This document shows positions 1 to 11,560 of a stretch of 64,000 nucleotides of DNA, piece by piece. The notes under the pieces were generated by a model. It made no database searches. It was not told the DNA's origin and worked only from the letters and a program-made list of their open reading frames with translations. Position numbers and translations under genes: made by a program. The stretch comes from Camelus ferus (Eukaryota), in assembly GCF_009834535.1 (NCBI RefSeq), contig NC_045697.1, positions 23,438,001 through 23,502,000 of the forward strand, read 5' to 3'. How positions within the stretch are numbered: position 1 is the stretch's first letter; every line of letters starts with the position of its first letter.

Positions 1-1230
1 ATCACATTAGAGTTTTGCCTGGAAGGTTCAAGTGAAGGAGGCAACAGAGTTAAAGGAATACGCAAAGGAGTGATTATAAAGTTGACTGGAACAAAAGCTC
101 AATAGGGAAGAACGTGAAGATAAAAACTGAGAAATAATGAAAAGATTGTAGGGTCAACAGACCCTGGCCCCCTGGGATTTAAAAAAAAAAAAAAGTTGAG
201 TCAGGGACCAGAGGGGATGAAGCAGAAATGCAGAAGTTGTGGTCAGGTAGTAAAGAGCTTATAATTAGATGTGACAATGAGAGACAGGATAAAGGGGAAG
301 ATCATCAGAGGTGAAAATATTGGAAGTAACTTCTACAGGAATGTTGAAATAATTCTGAATTATGATAGGAGAAACAGAGTGGCAGTGATTCAGGGGACGA
401 AATCTTCAGGTTATGAAGAAGAGTAGACTGGGGGACTGCAGATGATCATATGATTTTCAAAAGAGTTTTATAGACTAGAGAGAATCATCTGGAAGTGACA
501 AAAGGATCCAAAGGATGCCTGTTCAACCTGTAGGCACTGATGTGTTTGAGAGGAAAAACAGCCATCTTCAGAGAGATCCAAGGAAAACAAAGTCTTGGGG
601 CACTGTGATGATTTTGTTTTTAACAAGATGGTGAAGGAACTCTGGAAACAACGGATTTCACTGATGAAAAAAAAAAAAAAGCATGAATTTCAATGGACAA
701 ATAAAAGATTCTTTATCGTCCAGAAGAGTTAGATTGGATCAGATGAGGCGATTTACAGAGTTATTTCAGGATGAGAATCCTGTTGATGAGGGATGATAGG
801 AAATTAATTAATTTCAGCAGCTTTGATCAGTTGACTGTTATTTTATATCTTTTCCCAGTTATCTCCGGAACACAATGCATTTGTTTAGGCAATGGTTTAA
901 CCTCACACAGCAACACACTTGGATACATATACACACACAAACAAAGGAGATATGACCTGAAATATAAATCACATGCATAATACTTGAGAGGCCAGAATGT
1001 AAATCAACAGAGATGCCAAATGCATCATAAAGGCTGAAATATTGTAATAACCAGAGGGAAGAAATTCAGTTTATGTAAGTATTAGAGGATTTGGGTTTTA
1101 TTTTTTGTCAATGGTCTTATTGTTGAAGGAAGATAAACTATTATCTAAAATCAAGTGAGTCATTTTCATGTGATTAGACTCATCTGTTTTTGGAAATACT
1201 AAGGGATCCTTGAAGTGATTTAAAACTTAA

Positions 1231-1611
1231 GAAATTATATTCTAAGTGAAGTAAGCCAGAAAGAGAAAGAAAAATATCATATGAGATCGCTCATATGAGG
1301 AATCTAAAAAAAAAACATAAATACAAAACAGAAACAGACTCATAGACATAGAATACAAACTTGTGGTTGCCAAGGGGGCAGAGGGGGTGGGAAGGGACAG
1401 ACTGGAATTTTAAAATGTAGAATAGATAAACAATATTATACTGTATAGCACAGGGAAATATATACAAGATCTTGTGGTAGCTCATAGTGAAAAAAAATGT
1501 GACAATGAAAATATATATATGTTCATGTATAACTGAAAAATTGTGCTCTACACTAGAATTTGACACAACATTGTAAAATGACTATTATTCAATAAAAAAA
1601 GCTAAAAAAAA
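1231..1611 (+). mobile_element. 5'-truncated young L1 3' end (ORF2 tail + 3'UTR + A-tail), camelid/cetartiodactyl type
   Basis: Typical L1 motifs TTCTAAGTGAAGTAAGCCAGAAAGAGAAAG, CAGACTCATAGACATAGAATACAAACTTGTGGTTGCCAAGGGG and CTGTATAGCACAGGGAA; AATAAA at 1591-1596 followed by A-runs. No clean TSD seen. Confidence 0.92.
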
Positions 1612-1897
1612 GTATAATGTTTTGTTAAATTTATTAAGTGCTATTATCATCCTGTAGACAACTACTGAAAATAAATGAAGAATTGGTATCAAAGCCATGC
1701 AACCAGAATTTTAATTAATGCTTGTGATAATTGATCTTTACTAAATAGGATGATGACGTTATGTGGTAATTAGATTTAAAAATTTAATAACAGAAAAATC
1801 AATATTTTATTAAGACTTAAACCACCCACCCTTAACAGCATGGTGGTATAGGCCATATAAATAGTAATCATAGCCAGTTCTCTTCCCTTTCCAGGTA

Positions 1898-3054
1898 TAG
1901 TCAGTTGAGCTAAAATGCTTGTTTTGAAAATGCAAATTGGTCCCAACTTGATTGATAAAGCAGGGAACTATGGGAGCCCATGACTGGGTTAACAAATCGT
2001 AACAGATCCCAGCCGCTTATCTCTTTAAAGAAGATGCACTTAGTAACTGCCTTGAGGTTTTAACAATGACCCAGGCCCCCGGCTATAAACGCTGGGCGTG
2101 CCTGCTGTTAGTCTTCTATCCCCAAAACAGCCTTGGGCTGGAATGGTAAAAAGCTGCAGACTCAGAGGTGAGAAGGCTGGTTAGCCAATGACAGGTAAGA
2201 TCCCCTGAGGGGGGCAACCTAAGACACAGGGACAGCAGCCTGAGTCCAAGAAAAATGTTAAGCAGCTGATTCTCATACATTCTGCCCTGATAAGCTGAAA
2301 GGCTCAACACGAACATGATTCACCAAAAGGGTCTTCTGACCTTGAGCCAAACACCAACAATAAACAAAGCCTTTGTACTCATTGTGATCCCACCCTGTCC
2401 TTCCCTAAATTCCTGCATTTCTCTTTTGACTGTACTCAATAAATATGGGAGCATTTGAGAGGCTCAAGGAGTTGGCTCCCGACTCCCTCTCGTCTCTTGA
2501 CTTTTCCAGAGTCTTGAGTAATTCATTCCGTCTTGGTGGGACTTCTGCTGGCCAGAACCCACAACTGGTGACAAAACCACAGGGAACTGCTTGGGCAAAC
2601 TAAGAACTTTGTATTTGCTTACATGCAGACTCATCAGGAGAAACACCAGTGAACACAGAAAACTGTATGCAACTGCATTGAGCCATGTAAGGATTACACA
2701 AACCATGCACAACTCCTAACATCTCTGCCAGCTACTTAAGTTCCCAATGCACATCAGAACTTTCCATCTTTTCAGATAACCCTCCTTCCACCGCTTCCCA
2801 ATAATCCCCAAGATGTGTTATTCGCTCACTTCTGCAAATAAACCTTAGATTTCTTTCAAGGAGAAGTGACTTTGTTTTTTGTAGTATTTATAAAACTTTG
2901 CTGCTATTTTTGTTTGTTTCTTTTTTAAAAAAATTATAAGTCACTGATGAAGTTTTTGAGTGCTGTTCCCCTAATCTTATTTTTTTTGTGTAAGTCTTGT
3001 GGTTTGTGTTTCATGATTCTATATAGTGTGGTAACTTCTGGGTAGAACTAACCG
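1898..3054 (+). mobile_element. TcMar-Tigger non-autonomous DNA transposon (Tigger8-like, subfamily uncertain), interrupted by an LTR
   Basis: Degenerate terminal inverted repeats TAGTCAGTTGAGCT (1898) / GGTAGAACTAACCG (3041-3054), preceded by TA. Internal motifs AATGCTTGTTTTGAAAATGCAAAT, TTCAGATAACCCTCCTTCCACC and GTCACTGATGAAGTTTTTGAGTG recalled from the Tigger consensus. Confidence 0.75.
1969..2581 (+). mobile_element. Solo LTR, ERV2 (betaretrovirus-like)
   Basis: Exact 6-bp TSD GGGAAC at 1963-1968 and 2582-2587. Termini TATGG (for TGTGG)...CCACA. CCAAT at 2185, AATAAA at 2438, and motif CCAATGACAGGTAAGATCCC...GCAACCTAAGAC resembling laurasiatherian ERV2 LTRs. 6-bp TSDs are typical of class II ERVs. 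Confidence 0.82.
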
Positions 3055-4384
3055 CACTGGAAATTTACACTTCTCAGCCTCCTTTCAGTGGGGTAGGCAC
3101 GATCATGTGACTTATCCTGGCTAATAGGCTATAAGCAGAAGAAACATGTAACTTGTCGGGTAAAGTACAGGCTCATAGACACACAACTCTCCAACTGCCT
3201 CTTATTCTGCCTTATCAGTGTGGGAAGTTAAGTGTTCCAGACAGTGCAGCTGCAGAGGGTAGAACCTCGGTCAACTAGATCATTTCGTCTCTGCATGGAG
3301 GACAGTTTCTTTCAAGAAATTTTGGAAGAACATCAGATTTTATATAAAAGAAAAATAAATACTTATAATGTTAAGCCACTGAGATTTTGAGGTTGTCTCT
3401 TATAGGAATATAACTAGTAGTATTTTGACTTTTAAAGAAGCAATCAACAAGTTGCATGAGTCTGGGGTATAAAGTGCTTCACCATTGGCCTATTCTGTGG
3501 TTTTTAACATTCGTCTTTATTAATTTTACCTTGGAAGTATATGAAGTCCTCTGTATCAGAGGTGTCCAGTACTTCTTATTAAATACATCACAGTAAGTAT
3601 TAAGCATCTGTCCAACCTTGCCCTCTCTCACCCTAGTCCTTACCCTTAGAGCAGTGGGGTGAGAGCCAGGTCAATGGTCCTATGCAAATCACTGCACAAC
3701 TTAGAGGTGAGAGATGAGGAAGAATGATTTTATTTTGCTTATAAAGGAAAAGAAGCCACTGCCCCCTCCCCTTCTCAGCATCTACTCTCTACTCCAGCTC
3801 TTTGGTATAAAATTAAAATCTCTCCAGGAGCCAGATAGCCCCCCAGTGCCTCTGCTTTGGGCACTTAAGATGTGTCTAAGTTATCTGGCTTCACTGTTCT
3901 TTGAAATGCAAATATGTAGAAAAATGGCAGCTCTGGCCCTCTTGGCATGCTGGGAATTTGACCTAGGACCCTACTCTGGGATGTAATACTGGTCTCCTAA
4001 AGATAAGATAAGTTTTATTATCCTTTTGGATAAAACCAATTAGAGAAACAGCTACAGATAGAATTCTTATGCTTTGTGAAGAATCTTAGAAGACTGAGGC
4101 TTTTTGCAGAAAACACTGAGAAATCCAGGAAATTTTTTACTCCCATACCTATCAATGTAGCAAACAGGATGCCTCCTTTTTTTATTGCCCGCTAACAGGT
4201 TATTACAATTAATTGTTGGGTCCAAGTTGAGTTATATACACTTTCTGATAAAGTTGACAAATTATGTTTTTTTCTGAGATGGGATTAGATAATTTTGTGC
4301 TCCAGGTCAAAACAAATACTAGTACAAACGGTTTTTAAATTTTCAAAGAATAACTTTTGTTTTCTGACTCAGTACTGATAGTAA

Positions 4385-4625
4385 CTAAAACTTGTTCAAA
4401 CACTAACTTTGGGTCAGGTGCTATTTTAAGGGTTATATTAACTCATTTATTTCCCACAACCCTATAAGGTAAGTACTATTAACAGCTTTATTTTACATGT
4501 AAGGAAACTGAGGTACAGAGAAGTTAAGAAATTTTTCCAAGGTGACACAGTAGATGTGTAGTAGCAATCTAATCCTAAGTCTGAATCTAAGACTCCAGTC
4601 TCTTAATTAACATACTCTACTGCTC
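4385..4625 (-). mobile_element. MIR SINE
   Basis: Reverse-complement MIR core ATTTTACATGTAAGGAAACTGAGGTACAGAGAAGTTAAG...CCAAGGTGACACAG. Confidence 0.9.
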
Positions 4626-4689
4626 TTAATATAGTGAGGTATATAATATGTTCCACTGAGTCTCTCCCATGTCCATCCAACCTATGAGA

Positions 4690-5970
4690 TTTCATTGACA
4701 TGAGATGGAGATTAATGGCTCAGGTACATCAACAACAATTCTGAGAGTGACGCAAAAGCAGCTGCATAAACAGGCATAATGTGTGCAATAATAAACTCAA
4801 TAAATGGGTCAAGAACCAAAATGAATATAGCTGAATAATAAATCAGTGAGCTGGAATATAAGGCTGGGAATTTAATCAGAAAACATAAATGTAAAGTAAG
4901 TGGGTAATAAGAAGAGAAACAAATGCGTTCATTTACATGTAAAAAAGTCTCAAATAAAAGTGAAATATCTATTCAGGCATATAGATTTGAAAAAATAATG
5001 GCAAAGAATTGCCAGAAGAAAGGAAAGGTGTGAGGCTTTATAATGAAAAGGTAACTGGCATGCCAAACAGCATAGATAAGAAAGAATTCACAGCTAAAAA
5101 CCATACAGACAAATTAAAAAATATCAAAGACAAAGATCAAATTCCAAAACCTTCTAAAGAGAGAAAAACATAAATAAGAATTATACTGACATGCTTCTCA
5201 GCAAAAACACTGACTATAAAAAGACAATGGAGTAGTATTTTCAAAATGTCAAAGGAAAGAAACTTAAAGCTAGAATTTTATATCCAGTAAAAGTATAAGT
5301 ATTGTGAATGAAAAATACTGCAAACCATATCAGTAAACAAAGAATGCTGAAACTATCAGGTCATCAGCGGCTGCCGCCACCCCGCAGTGAAGACAAGCCT
5401 GCAGCCCAGCCTCTGCAGCCACTCACAATGGTGCACTCCCAGCGGACTCAGAGTAAGAAAGGACAGGATACTGGCCCTAGATAGCTAGGTGCTTGTCAAA
5501 GGAATGAATTCAAGGAGCCCAAATGTTTGCTTCCTCCCATACATAGAAAAGCACTAAATTCTTTAACTTAAGATGTCTGGTTTTCTTTAGTTAACAAGTA
5601 ATCTTTTAATGTTCCAACTACCTGGTCTTTGTTGTAAAGCTCCGATATATCCTAGCTCCTCCCCTACCTCTTCAGAGCAGTCCCTCAGAGTGATCTGGGA
5701 GGCTGTCATCCCAGCTCAAGTCCTCCCACCAAATAAAACATAACTCTCAACTTTTAGGCTGCACATTTATTTCAGTCGACAGTATTAAGGAGAATATTAA
5801 CCTTGAAAATTTAACCAAAAAATGAATCTTTTTGAAAATATACTTGAAGAAAATATCCTAACAAAAGGGGGGGAAAAAACTTGTCTGAGGACATTATAAA
5901 ATATTAGTGAGGGTGACTAAGTAACCAGTAATGTTTGCTATTGTGTGAATAGCAGTCAAACAAAAGTAAC
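4690..5970 (+). mobile_element. Old L1M/HAL1 ORF1-region fragment, interrupted by an LTR at 5303-5781
   Basis: A-rich decayed ORF1 C-terminal motifs (AAGACAATGGAGTAGTATTTTCAAAATG...CTAGAATTTTATATCCAGTAAAA, i.e. RILYP-type); the sequence resumes after 5785. Confidence 0.7.
5303..5781 (+). mobile_element. Solo ERV1 LTR (cetartiodactyl type)
   Basis: TG...CA termini (TGTGAATG...GTCGACA), exact 4-bp TSD GTAT (5299-5302 / 5782-5785), AATAAA near the 3' end; 3' end shared with the LTR at 26926-27439. Confidence 0.92.
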
Positions 5971-5975
5971 ATAGG

Positions 5976-6563
5976 CTTATTAGTCAAGGTTCTCCAGAGA
6001 AACAGAATCAACAGATCAATATAAAATATATTATATAATTAAATATATATTATAATTTATATGTATTATGTATGTTCTATATAAATATATTAGTTTTATT
6101 TATTGTATATTATATATCTATTCTATATACCAATAATATATATATTATATTCTATTGGAACAGTAAGGTACTAGCTCACTGTTATCTGTAAGCTGTAGAC
6201 ACAGAAATGGTGGTGGTGGTGTTCAAGGGCCTGGGATCAGGGGGACAAATGGATTCCAGCACAGGTCTGATGGCCTGAGAATCAGGATTGCTGAGGGCAG
6301 AAGACTGATGTCACAGCTCAAGCTTCCAGGCAGAGCCAGTGAATTCTCCCCCATACACCTTTTTGTTCTGGTCAGGTCCTCAGTGGATTGGACGATGTCC
6401 ACCCAAGTTGAGGAAGGCAATCCTCTTTATTCAGTCTACTGATTCAAATGCTAATCTCTTCTAGAAACACCCTTATCCACAGAACTATCTAGAAAATAAA
6501 TTTAAACAGATATGTGAGTATCTCACGGCCCAGTTAAATTGACACATAAAATTAACTATCACA
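5976..6563 (-). mobile_element. MLT2 (ERVL) solo LTR with internal TA-rich tract
   Basis: TATTAGTCAAGGTTCTCCAGAGAAACAGAA start and TTGACACATAAAATTAACTATCACA end; 5-bp TSD ATAGG/ATCGG (1 mismatch). Confidence 0.92.
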
Positions 6564-6640
6564 ATCGGTATAAAAATATTGACAATATTCTACGTATTGA
6601 TGAGGTTCTATGTAATAATAATACAATGTGTTGGGGGCTT

Positions 6641-6776
6641 TTCTTAGTCTGTTTGGGTTGCTATAAGAAAATACCGTAGTCTCGGTAGTTTAAACAGCAA
6701 ACAATTATTGCTTGGAGTACTGGGGGTCAGGAAGTTCAAGATCTAGGTGCTGGCAGACTGGTGTCTGGTGAAGTCT
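6641..6776 (-). mobile_element. MLT1A-type MaLR LTR fragment
   Basis: TCTTAGTCTGTTTGGGTTGCTATAAGAAAATACC...GAAGTTCAAGATCTAGGTGCTGGCAGA...GTGTCTGGTGA. Confidence 0.85.
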
Positions 6777-8829
6777 GTGTGTATTCTTTTCAGAAAGAAA
6801 CAGTCATGACAGATTGTTCCACCAGTAAAAGTGCTGCCAAAGTGCTACAGTCTTATCACTAGGGGACTTCTAATGAGTTATCACACGTGAGATCCTAAGA
6901 AACACTAACTTTTACTTTCAAGTTAGTCTGATTAAACACAATGGAAGAAATGAAGTAAAGGCTTTGAAATGAAGGCCCACCCATGAGATACTGTCCAACA
7001 TTAGTAAGGGAAGAGATCATGCAGTTAGGACAATCAAAATAACAGGAAAGAATGTTAAAATACTTAAGACTGATATAGAGCACCTTCTAACCTTCTAATT
7101 AATTATTTAACATATTTGGTTCTGAAATGCCTGAGTACTAATGAGACATTTTTATCCAAAAGGGGTCATTTTGCTAGGGTGTTTCCAACTCTCTCAAATG
7201 AGAATACATATAAACATACCAACCAGCATTATAAATTTTAACCTCAAGGAATTGGGGTATATTTCCCTTTACATAAACAAAAAATAAATAACTTATTTTT
7301 ATTATAAAAATATTGCTTGGCTTTTGTAGTTTTAAAAACTTGTTGTTTATATGCATGGCAATGGATAGGATGCATGTTTCTTCCTTATTTTTGACTTCTT
7401 CTTGACTTGGCTCCAGTTAACCTTTGCAGTTTGTTCAATGAGAAACTCCAGTGAACTGTATCACTGTACACAATTAATGGCTGAGTGGTCTATAACAAAT
7501 GAAAATGCCACCACTGCTTAGCAATTAGCTTATGGATCATCTCCAAGCACTTAGAACCTCTTCTGTCTACAGCATTTAAACATGCTGGGTGATTTAAATT
7601 ATACTTAAAGCGAACAGCAATATTCAATTACTAGTGGGTTTATTATGTGGAATTGTCATCATTATGATTAACAGCCCTTATGAAAAACAATTAATTTGGT
7701 GTCTTGTTGCTAGGTCAATTATAAAAGTTAATTCCCCTGGGGGAAGAATTCTGTTTATCAGTACGTACCCTTTTTAATGCTTTGATCTAAAACATTAACA
7801 TGATCCCTTTAAGAAAAAGTTGCAGACTTATGTGTGAAAATGTATCTCCAACATTAACCCAGGAGGAAAAATTGATGGAGTCAATTTTTTTTTCTTGCTA
7901 AAAGAGCATAGTGACAGGTAAAAGGGAAATAAAAGCTTCAATTTACCCAGAAATCAGGTATATTTTCTCGTATTTCAAATCTACCTTTGGGAACTCAATT
8001 ACTCACATTCAAGGGAGGAATTGCAGTTAGACAAAGATATTTGACTTTTCATGGAAGAGTTCAAGTACCAAGGAGATATGTGTCATTTCAAACCCAGGAG
8101 CATAAAACACAAATAGCTATCTCATCTGACTAAACCCCTGAGTTAAAAACAGGAAACAGAGCAACATAGTTTTTTTTAGCAAATGTTTTCAATATGTATA
8201 TAAAAGAGCTGTTCTTGACTTATTCATAATACCTTGGGTGAGGTGAGAGAAAATACCACTCTGTTCTTTTGAAAATCATTGTCTGCTCACAGTTACAGTC
8301 TTCCCTGAAGGAGACAGGATTTAATATCATTTTCCTCTATGAAGATCTTGGAATAAAGGGGTCAATGAGTTGGATGGTGCTTTTATGGTGGTTATATTTG
8401 TCATATTTATATTCGTATTTGTTGCATTTGTGTCAATTATACCGATGGGTCTATTTGGATGATGTCTTAACCTCTTTTCTAGTCTTTCTTTTCCAAAAGT
8501 ATTGTCTAATGTTACTTAATCCTTTACAATATATCTTCTTCATGACTAACTTTCTTTTTCCCTTAATCAAATTCTTCACTTGGGCCTATATAAAAGTTTC
8601 CTATATCATAAATTGTTACTGCTCTGGGCTTCTCATGTGTCTTGACCAAAAAAAAAGAAAGAAAGGAATTTAAAAAAATTTATAAACCTACAGAATTGGA
8701 AGAGAACATTTAACTGTTCAGTCATAGTATAAATGAATGAACCTACCATTATTGAGAAATTTTAGGATTGCAGTTTGACATGGCAATTTGTTGCCTGTCT
8801 CGAGCTTATTGAATAATCTAAGAATGAGA

Positions 8830-9140
8830 CCATGCCAGGGTCTCCTTTTCTGTGTACCAACATCATCCTATATATGTTTTTATTTTACCTTCTCACCATA
8901 CATTGTAATAATACCGATGAATGATTCTCCATCCCATTATAACTTAAGGATAATAACAGTGCATTATTCATCTTTCTATCACCTATATTTATACAGCATA
9001 TGGCCTATAGATATTTGCTAAATAAATAAATGAGTGAATTAATAACTGATATATTATTCATTTTATTCAGCAAATGTATTGAGAAACAATTGAGAACTCT
9101 GCTAGCAGATGTATACAAGTGGTAAACAAAGTATCATTGT
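8830..9140. mobile_element. Two decayed L2 3'-end fragments in opposite orientation
   Basis: ATATTTGCTAAATAAATAAATGAGTGAAT tail on + and ATTCAGCAAATGTATTGAG on -. Confidence 0.55.
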
Positions 9141-9351
9141 TCAATAGTACTGTCCAATAGTACTTTCTACTAATAATACTGGGCTATCCAAATATCCATA
9201 TCAGTAAAATATAATAAGACTCAGAAGCTACATGGTTTACTCTTATAGGCCAAATAGTCTGGCCAAAATCCAAAAATAGAGTCTCGGGAATTTGCTAGTG
9301 GATGAAACTCAATCAGGAATAGCTTTAAATAGGTTACAGAAAAAGGATAAA

Positions 9352-9383
9352 AATGAATGAATGAATGAATGAATGAATGAATG
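9352..9383 (+). repeat. (AATG)8 microsatellite
   Basis: Read directly. Confidence 0.97.
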
Positions 9384-9589
9384 AAAGAAAACACTACAAC
9401 TATATCTAATTAACGTAGAATTTTATGGTTTGTAAAATATAATGGGGAATGATACCTTGATGATGCTAAGAATATTATAAAAACAGTTTTAGTTTTGTTA
9501 TTCCCATTTCACAGCCAAGGAAAATAATTCTCAACAATTAAAAGGACTTCTGTAAAGAAGGCACAGAAATTTGAAGTAAGAATATTTGG

Positions 9590-9742
9590 CAGCCTTGTTT
9601 CTCAAAGTATTGTCCTTGGATCAATAGCATGGTATCTGGGAATTTATTAGAAATGCAGAATCTTACATTCCAGACATACAGAATCAAACTCTTCCTTGAG
9701 TATATTTCTCATGTGATGTAACATTTGAAAAATGCTGCTCTA
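9590..9742. mobile_element. MER5-type hAT-Charlie MITE
   Basis: GTTTCTCAAAGT...CTGGGAATTTATTAGAAATGCAGAATCT...TTTGAAAAATGCTGCTCTA. Confidence 0.75.
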
Positions 9743-11335
9743 ATTCTCTTCATAATATATCATACCTGTGCCAACCTGCACAAAGTCATCCTGGTGAGCA
9801 GAAATTATAACAAACATTTGGCAGTATTTCTTTTACTTGTTTTGCAAAGAAAGAAGTTTGGGGGTCAAATAAGAGGCTTCAAAATGAGTGACAAAATAAT
9901 GCAGGGAAAAGTCAAGATTCAGTGTTTTGGTCAATTAAGTGGTGAATAAAATTAAGAATAAGATTGTAAATGTAGGTGATTTGTGGACTCTTGAATGATG
10001 CTGAATGCATGTTCCTTTTTATTTTTCATCACTATGCCTAACAAGTTGTGGTATTTGAAGAGAATTTGCTAATTGTGACAATTAATTAAAAACACAAAAA
10101 TGAAGTGATGTCAGAGAATATCATTCTATAACATGCATTAGAAATTGTAAGCCACATGATTACCAAGTTACATTAGAATGTGTGTCACACTAAAGACAGA
10201 ATACACTGAAGTTCAAGGCCACTTATGAAGCTCTGAGATTTTGTTTTGTTTATTTTGTCAATATGTTGGCTATTTTTTCTTTCCCATGCTGATTCTTAAT
10301 GTCAATACTGAAAAGATCTCAGAAGAATATTTTACATGACAAAATATGATAAATTATAGCAACATTTACTTTAGTTAGAGTTGCCCTTTGCTACCTAAGG
10401 TTTTCCAAAATGAGGCCTAAAAAGGTTTGAATCAAAAAATACAAAGAAATTCCCTGTCTGGACTCAAACAAATAACTGAATTCTGGAGAAGGTGAACAAA
10501 AGATACTTTTTATTCCATTTTGGTGGGAAAAAAATCAGAGCTCTTAAATGTTTGAATATATAGATAAGCGGTTCTTCCTCTGGCTGCAAGTTCAAGCTAA
10601 AGATTCCTCTGCCTTTAGAGATTCCTTCATTCTTGATATTCTTAGGTTGCACAGAAATCCTTACTGAAAATTCAGTTCTCAAACAGAATACAGCTTCTCA
10701 AAAGACGAAATTTCAGAGCACTTCAAATGATGCCGAAGCCTTTCTGTTGTACTGTCATCAACCTTTAATGGCCTAATGTTGAAACGATCAGTTGACAAAT
10801 ATTTAATGAGCTAAAAAGTACTTGGTGCATAGCTTTAAGGGGAGTTTAAAAAGAAATGTATCATGGGACATCTGCTTTAAAAGAAAGACAGTATGATATG
10901 GTAAATTTATTTCACTAGATTAGCTTTCACCTGTTCATCATGGAACATTGGGACATCTAGCAACATCCTCATGTCTCATTTTAAAATGAGGACAACACCA
11001 TTCCTTCTTTTATCCACCGCCTCAAGAAATATTTATTGGGTGAATAAGGCAAAATAAACTCTTCACTTCAGGAGAGGGTGGGCAGTTTAATAAAATGCAA
11101 ATAAGCCACATGCTGCCATCTAGCAATATGCTCTGTAAGGGAATTATATGAAAATAAAGTAATAAGGAAGTTACTGAAAATTATTGACATATGAAAGCTT
11201 AGGGAAGCCATCTCTGAGAAGGTAGGGTTTAAGCCAAGGAAGTAAAAGGTGACACAACATCAATCACTGGAATAGCCAGGAAATAATGTCCAAGGTATAT
11301 GACTTAACTCCTTTCAGGGCTGTGAAGACTCTGAT

Positions 11336-11358
11336 ACACACACACACACACACACACA
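11336..11358 (+). repeat. (AC)n microsatellite
   Basis: Read directly. Confidence 0.95.
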
Positions 11359-11364
11359 TTAGAT

Positions 11365-11560
11365 ACCATATATTGAGTGTCAAGTATTTAGTTGACCTCA
11401 TATCCTTCTTATAACAACCTTGAGAAGTATGTTTATTATTTCTTTGTGACAATTTGAAAATTGATGGGAAAAACAGGCTTAAAAAACTGAAGTACTTAAG
11501 CTGACACTCTGCAACAAATGATCCCAGGTTTGTCTGAACACCAGGAGCCTCTCTTTCTCT
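11365..11560 (-). mobile_element. Decayed MIR
   Basis: CTTATAACAACCTTGAGAAGTA and CCCAGGTTTGTCTGA motifs. Confidence 0.55.

Larger units (their letters stand above)
1841..3433 (+). mobile_element. MaLR MLT1-type LTR, split into 1841-1897 and 3055-3433 by a nested Tigger
   Basis: Right part carries MLT1 motifs (TTCTCAGCCTCC, CATGTGACTT, AATAAA...TGTTAAGCCACTGAGATTTTGAGGTTGT). Left part ...CTTCCCTTTCCAGGTA joins plausibly to CACTGGAAATTTACAC. The left piece is less certain. Confidence 0.7.

Noticed and set aside
1..900. Purine-rich stretch, possibly antisense L2
   Set aside because: Too decayed to assign a family or boundaries by eye.
2564..2587. Primer-binding site (TGGTGAC...CAGGGAAC) implying a provirus
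   Set aside because: Poor match to Lys PBS sequences; GGGAAC is better explained as the TSD and the Tigger host resumes immediately.
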